Assembly (NCBI GenBank): GCA_031254615.1
Contig: JAIRUC010000148.1
Span: forward strand, 1 to 41,165
DNA length: 41,165 nt
From: Treponema sp.
GTDB taxonomy: Bacteria; Spirochaetota; Spirochaetia; Treponematales; Breznakiellaceae
Direction of reading: 5' to 3'
Below, one piece after another: positions 36,342 through 41,165 of the stretch. The notes under the pieces are model-generated. The model did no database searches, was not told the DNA's origin, and saw only the letters and a list, made by a program, of their open reading frames with translations. Within the stretch, counting starts at the first letter, position 1. The number at the start of each line of letters is the position of its first letter. Position numbers and translations under genes: made by a program.

Positions 36342-37334
36342 ATGAGTCAGACGAAACTTGATATATTGGTTGATATTTTAAAGGATGCGCCGGATGAGGT
36401 GTTTGTTCAGCCGCACAATGTGCCGGACCCGGATGCGATAGCTTCCAGCTTGGGTTTGTATTACTTGCTTTCGCAGCGGGGTATAAAAAAACTTGCCATT
36501 GTTTACGATCAGGAAATAGAGAAGGCCAATTCCCTGAAGATGCTTGAGTTGTTCAATGTGCCTGTTATCCGTGCCGCCGACGCACATACTTTGGGAACCG
36601 AGGATTGGGCTGTGCTGGTAGACGCTCAGAAAGGGAACTCCAACATTACAGACCTTCCCACAGATGAAGTGGCGGCCATTGATCACCATGAGTACATGGG
36701 CAACATGGGTTACCGCTTTGAAGACATACGCCCGGAAGTCGGAAGCTGTAGTGCGATTATTGCGGAATGGTTTTTTGAAAATAACATTGAGCCTCCCAGG
36801 GCAATTGCGACGGCTTTGCTTTACGGAATTTTTATGGACACCGATAACCTTACCCGCGGCGTATCGGATTTTGATATCAATATGTTTTATAAGCTCTATA
36901 GTCTTTCTGATATGGAAATGATCGTAGAACTCAAGGGCAATGAGATTTCGTATAACGATCTGGAGCTGTATGCCGAAGCATTTAAAACCGTGGAAATATA
37001 CGACGAGCTTGCCTTTCTGCGTCTAAGAAATGTAAACGATTCTCTTTTGGGCGCCGCCGGAGATATTGTAATCAGCGTCGCCGGAGTAAATATTGTTGTC
37101 GCCTACGCGGCAAGGGAAAACGGAATAAAATTGTCGATTAGAAGCGCGTGTAAACAGGTAAAAGCCAACGACCTTGTAAGATTTCTCGTGGAAGGCTGTG
37201 GGGTAGGCGGCGGCCACGACAACATGGCGGGCGGCTTTATCCCAAAAGCGAACCTTAGCGCTTCCCGTGTGCTGGATACTTTTTTGAAACACCGGGCGAT
37301 TGAGTTTTATGAGAAACGCAAGCTAAAGCTTTAG
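36342..37334 (+). CDS. DHH/DHHA1 family phosphoesterase (NrnA-like)
   Basis: HNVPDPDA, VLVD, IDHH, GIFMDT, SIRS, GGGH. Confidence 0.9.
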   Translation: MSQTKLDILVDILKDAPDEVFVQPHNVPDPDAIASSLGLYYLLSQRGIKKLAIVYDQEIEKANSLKMLELFNVPVIRAADAHTLGTEDWAVLVDAQKGNSNITDLPTDEVAAIDHHEYMGNMGYRFEDIRPEVGSCSAIIAEWFFENNIEPPRAIATALLYGIFMDTDNLTRGVSDFDINMFYKLYSLSDMEMIVELKGNEISYNDLELYAEAFKTVEIYDELAFLRLRNVNDSLLGAAGDIVISVAGVNIVVAYAARENGIKLSIRSACKQVKANDLVRFLVEGCGVGGGHDNMAGGFIPKANLSASRVLDTFLKHRAIEFYEKRKLKL

Positions 37335-37448
37335 ATTTCTAATTTTAAAAACGGGCTTTTCTTTAATTGGGATAAGGATTATACTCCAGTGCCTGATACC
37401 TCCGGTCTGGCACCGTTGTTACCAATTGTGTATGTATGGAAGGGCGAA

Positions 37449-37865
37449 CTATAGCGTGAACTTGGCTAAGAAATCGTCAGGAGTGACAGCAGGCACCGGT
37501 GATTTGGAAAAGTCCTGTGTATCTCTTGTTATGATATAGTCGGCTTTCTCCCGCAAGGCAATAGCAGCAATAATGGCATCTTCAAAATCATTGAAGCCCA
37601 AATTAGCGGCGTTATAAATATCACTTACCAAAGTATCTACCGGCTTAACAATTTCAAGAATATCAAAAATAATATCAACCGCGGTCTTTGTATCTGTATA
37701 TTGTTTTCTGGTCAAATAGTAAATATCCGTAATGGCGCTTGTTCCGATAATACCATCAGCTTTTTCGTTTACTGCCAACATGAGCACCTTATTGGAATTT
37801 TCATAAAAGGGGGCTCTGCATTTAAGAATATCTATGACTATATTGGTATCAAAGAGAATTTTCAT
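37449..37865 (-). CDS. PIN-domain (VapC-like) toxin
   Basis: ILFDTNIVID, DFEDAI, YIITRD.DF. Confidence 0.88.
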   Translation of the reverse strand: MKILFDTNIVIDILKCRAPFYENSNKVLMLAVNEKADGIIGTSAITDIYYLTRKQYTDTKTAVDIIFDILEIVKPVDTLVSDIYNAANLGFNDFEDAIIAAIALREKADYIITRDTQDFSKSPVPAVTPDDFLAKFTL

Positions 37866-38092
37866 TGATCTTTCAGTCTTTCCATTCTGGCTTCTTCCAG
37901 CGTCATGGAGCTATTCGCCAGAATGCCTGTAATCCGGTTAAGGGCGGCAAATTTTCTTTTCTGACCGGAGTCTTTGACCGTTTGCTCTGCTGGTTTCAGA
38001 AAAGTAACAACCACGTCATATTTATTGTTGACAGGTACAGGTTCTCTAATAGTAACTATCCCATCATCATAGATTCCTTGAACCGCAAACAT
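37862..38092 (-). CDS. Putative antitoxin (DUF104/AF2212-like)
   Basis: 76 aa, AVQGIYDDG..VVVTF; ATGA coupling to the PIN gene; SD aaggag. Confidence 0.7.
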   Translation of the reverse strand: MFAVQGIYDDGIVTIREPVPVNNKYDVVVTFLKPAEQTVKDSGQKRKFAALNRITGILANSSMTLEEARMERLKDQ

Positions 38093-38113
38093 ATTATACT
38101 CCTTAGTTCTCTA

Positions 38114-38536
38114 CTATACCATAGTTAATCCATGAATGAAAGAGGCTGCCTGGTGTACTGTTTCCATGCGCTTTGCTGGGTAGCTATTTGCGTATACCGC
38201 ATGACCTCGATTATCAAGCAATACGAAAAAGTGATAGGAGGCACCAAAGCGATCAAAAAGCGGCTTGGCTTTTGATCGTTTAGAAGAAATTTTCCCAAGA
38301 ATTCCGTCTACGAATTCTTTTGAAATTTCAGTTTTTTGTCTTCCATCTACAATATTGATTAAATCTATGAACAATTTTACTAAATTAATCTGGCTCTAAG
38401 TTGTTTGAATTTTTATTAGTGTCTTTTGCTTATTCGTCTTTAATATAATGTTTACTAAAGTAGCAATAATTGTGCTAAATGTACCAAACAATCCTGTAAG
38501 AATAGCTATCGTGAAAATATTTATTGGTAAATCCAT
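38114..38536 (-). pseudogene. AT-rich membrane-protein gene with in-frame TAG, fused to a fragment of the neighbour's 3' end
   Basis: SD gaggagg, ATG38536, MDLPINIFTIAILTGLFGTFSTIIATLVNIIL; TAG at 38398-38396; frame stays open to 38114; could instead be an intact 46-aa protein. Confidence 0.55.
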
Positions 38537-38594
38537 ATAATTCCTCCTCATATAATTTATCTACATATTGAGCGTTGTCTTACCGCTTCCCCTC

Positions 38595-41165
38595 CTAATA
38601 CTCCCAGCCCCCGCTCCAAACAGGCGAGGTGCCGCCCTTGAAATACAGATAAACCCCCGGCCCGACAGTGTTTTCCATGCGCTTTGCGGGGCTGCTACTT
38701 GCGTATACCGCATGACCTCGGTCGTCAAGCAACGTACCGGAAGTGTTTTTTACTGTATTGCTTTTGTTGCCTCCGTTTGAACCGTAGATGGTACCACCAT
38801 TCTTGGTAAGAGTACTTGTTATATAATTAGCACTAAGCACATACACCCCGCCACCGTAGTATCGGGAAGTATTACTGGGAATTTCACCGCCGTTCATGGT
38901 AAAAGTACCACCGTACACATATACCCCGCCACCGTTGTATGAGTTATTACCAGAAATCTCGCCGTCATTCATGGTAAAAGTACCACCGTACACATACACC
39001 CCGCCGCCACCTCTATCGTTGTACGAGTAAGTATTGCCTGAAATCTCACCGCCATTCATGGTAAAGGTTCCACCCACATACACCCCACCACCGTAGTAGT
39101 TGTAGTTGTTGTTAGTATTACCAGTTATCTTTGTTCCTGTGTTCATAATCAAGGCGCCGCCGCTATTTACATATACAAGACTCCTATCATTATCACTGCG
39201 ACCTTGTAGGGTGATATTGCTGTCCAATATCAGGGTAACACCTGATCCTACGCTGAACAGTATACCTTTACTGGAAAGGGTGATAGTCCGCATAGCGGTA
39301 TTCCTTATGCGTAAGGTGATATTGTTTTTACCTGTGTAGGAAAGGCTTGTCGGGCCAATGCCCTCATCGTAATTAAGGGTAATGAGATAGGTAGTGGCGC
39401 TTTCCGCGTTTGAACTCAGCCATGACAGTTTGTCGGCAAGCGTTATACCCGGCACTTCAACCGGCATGATGATCCATTGCGCATACAATGAAATGTCCGC
39501 GTTCACGGTGTATGGTGCGCCTTCCGCGAAATTAGTCCCGCTGCCATCGGCCTGTGTGTTCCATACATCAAACATTTTTCCCGACCATGTCATAGTTCCC
39601 GCTCCGGGCAAAGTAATTACTGTTCCGGGGTCTACGGTCTGGGCATCTGGTACCGTGCCGCTTGCGCCGTTGGCGTTAAAGATAACGCTGTACTGTATCT
39701 CGCTTCGCCATTTTGCGTATAACGTTACATCGCCTGTTACGGTATACGTTGTTTCAGCCGCATAGCTTGTCCCGCCGCCGTTGGCCTGTGTGTTCCAGCC
39801 TTCAAACACCCTTCCCGAATAGATCATGGTCTCCGCTCCAGGCAAAGTAATAGCCGTTCCCGGGTCTACGGTTTGCGCGTTCGGCGGTGCGCCGCTTGCG
39901 CCGTTGGCGTTAAAGATAACGGTGTACAGGTCTAACCACTGCGCGAAAAATGTTATATTTCCGGTCACGGTATACAGATCGCCAACGGCATAACTTGTAC
40001 CTGTGCCGCTCGCATTGGTATTCCAGCCGATGAATTTTTTCCCGGTATAAGTCATGCTGCCTGTGCCTTGCAGGGTTATTTCCGTTCCCGGGTATGCGGT
40101 TTGCGAATCCGGCACAGTGCCGTCCGCGCCGTTGGCGTTGTAGGCAACAGTGTACGGACTCTGCCATTGCGCAAAAAATGTTATGTTTTCGATTACGGTA
40201 TACAGATCGCCAACAGCATAACTTGCGCCTGTGCCATTCGCATTGGTATTCCAGCCGATGAATTGTTTTCCGGTATAAATCATGCTCCCTGCGCCTTGCA
40301 GGGTTATCTCTGTTCCCGGATCTACAGTTTGCGCGTCCGGCGCAGCGCCGCTCGCGCCATTGGCATGATAGGTAACTGTGCAAGGACCTTGCCATTGCGC
40401 GTAAAATGTAACATCGCCGGTTACAGTATAAGTATCGCCAGCCGCATAAAGCGTACCCGATCCTCCCGTGTTGACTCTCCAGCCGATGAATTTTTTTTCG
40501 GTATAAACCAAATTATCTGCGCCTTGCAGTATTATTTCCGTCCCCGGGACTACAGTCTGCGTGTCCGACACAGTGCCGCTTGCGCCGTTGGCATCATAGG
40601 TAACGGTACACTGGCTTTGCCATTGCGCGTAAAATGTTACATTTCCGGTTACGGTATAATGGTCATCAGCCGCATATATTGTTCCAGCGCCTCCCGCATT
40701 GACGCTCCAACCGGTAAATGCTTTTCCGGTATAAGTCATGCTGCCTGCACCTTGTATGGTGATTTCCGTTCCCGGGTCTACCTTCTGCGCTGTCGGAGCG
40801 GCGCCGTCCGCGCCGTTGGAGTTATAGGTAACGGTGTATTGAATTGCGCTTTGCCACTTTGCGTAGAGCGTTACATTTACGGTTACGGTAAATGGCGCGT
40901 CAGTTTCGTAATTTGTTCCGCCTCCGTTGGGCTGCGTATTCCATCCACCAAATGTTTTCCCGCTGTACGCAAGCGTCCCCTGAGCGGGAACAGTGATGCT
41001 GATACCGCGGTACACTGTCTGCGGAGCGGGCGGCGCTCCGACTGTTGCTCCGTTGGCGTTAAATGTAACGGTATACTCCGGCGTGGAACTGTCAAGCCAT
41101 TGGGCGTAAAAAACCATGTTTCGGGTAACGGCAACAGAAGCCCCAATTGAGTAGGTCGTGCCGGT
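38595..41165 (-). CDS. Surface protein with tandem InlB B-repeats (Listeria-Bacteroides repeats) and C-terminal beta-helix; 5' end outside window
   Basis: Frame open to 41165; seven complete ~75-aa repeats (TVxYNANG...FxGWNT...FYAQW) plus the end of another; GGGVYV repeats; GHAVY C-terminal motif. Confidence 0.88.
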   Translation of the reverse strand, partial: TGTTYSIGASVAVTRNMVFYAQWLDSSTPEYTVTFNANGATVGAPPAPQTVYRGISITVPAQGTLAYSGKTFGGWNTQPNGGGTNYETDAPFTVTVNVTLYAKWQSAIQYTVTYNSNGADGAAPTAQKVDPGTEITIQGAGSMTYTGKAFTGWSVNAGGAGTIYAADDHYTVTGNVTFYAQWQSQCTVTYDANGASGTVSDTQTVVPGTEIILQGADNLVYTEKKFIGWRVNTGGSGTLYAAGDTYTVTGDVTFYAQWQGPCTVTYHANGASGAAPDAQTVDPGTEITLQGAGSMIYTGKQFIGWNTNANGTGASYAVGDLYTVIENITFFAQWQSPYTVAYNANGADGTVPDSQTAYPGTEITLQGTGSMTYTGKKFIGWNTNASGTGTSYAVGDLYTVTGNITFFAQWLDLYTVIFNANGASGAPPNAQTVDPGTAITLPGAETMIYSGRVFEGWNTQANGGGTSYAAETTYTVTGDVTLYAKWRSEIQYSVIFNANGASGTVPDAQTVDPGTVITLPGAGTMTWSGKMFDVWNTQADGSGTNFAEGAPYTVNADISLYAQWIIMPVEVPGITLADKLSWLSSNAESATTYLITLNYDEGIGPTSLSYTGKNNITLRIRNTAMRTITLSSKGILFSVGSGVTLILDSNITLQGRSDNDRSLVYVNSGGALIMNTGTKITGNTNNNYNYYGGGVYVGGTFTMNGGEISGNTYSYNDRGGGGVYVYGGTFTMNDGEISGNNSYNGGGVYVYGGTFTMNGGEIPSNTSRYYGGGVYVLSANYITSTLTKNGGTIYGSNGGNKSNTVKNTSGTLLDDRGHAVYASSSPAKRMENTVGPGVYLYFKGGTSPVWSGGWEY

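Noticed and set aside
38240-38290. Integron attC site
   Set aside because: Hairpin present but no convincing RYYYAAC/GTTRRRY ends and no integrase
38396-38398. TAG read-through or pyrrolysine recoding
   Set aside because: TAG is a normal stop in other genes here; the downstream frame is chimeric, so a nonsense mutation or short protein is simpler
38161-38732. DGR template/variable repeat pair
   Set aside because: Only 4 of 7 mismatches are at adenines of the putative template, and there is no reverse transcriptase in the window
40068-41150. 360-aa + strand ORF
   Set aside because: Antisense shadow of the repetitive B-repeat gene

Overview
This looks like a termite-gut-type Treponema (spirochaete) region; the taxon is inferred from Msp/Tpr-like barrels, GGGVYV beta-helix lipoproteins and intergenic style. 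It is dominated by three carbohydrate loci. (1) 127-7873: two paralogous Msp-like outer-membrane barrels, two GH5 lipoproteins and a GH95. (2) 7870-20642: a chitin locus with GH18, a barrel, two uncharacterised lipoproteins sharing a repeated domain, GH94 chitobiose phosphorylase, NagA and a divergent sugar ABC transporter. (3) 27010-33965: GH42 beta-galactosidase, ABC transporter and AraC regulator. Other genes are an HTH-HATPase-DUF4325 protein, a beta-helix lipoprotein/OmpA/barrel/FecR cassette, a YVTN propeller, an Fpg/Nei-like glycosylase, a DHH phosphoesterase, a PIN toxin-antitoxin pair and a 5'-truncated InlB-B-repeat surface protein. The best novelty candidate is a TonB/SusCD-free, PUL-like architecture built on Msp-like barrels plus a putative new glycan-binding repeat domain. 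Other candidates are structured non-coding elements at 21.9-22.2 kb, two 60-70 bp gene-fragment copies (one positioned antisense to nagA), and several apparently leaderless genes. All calls are by eye; no database searches were run.
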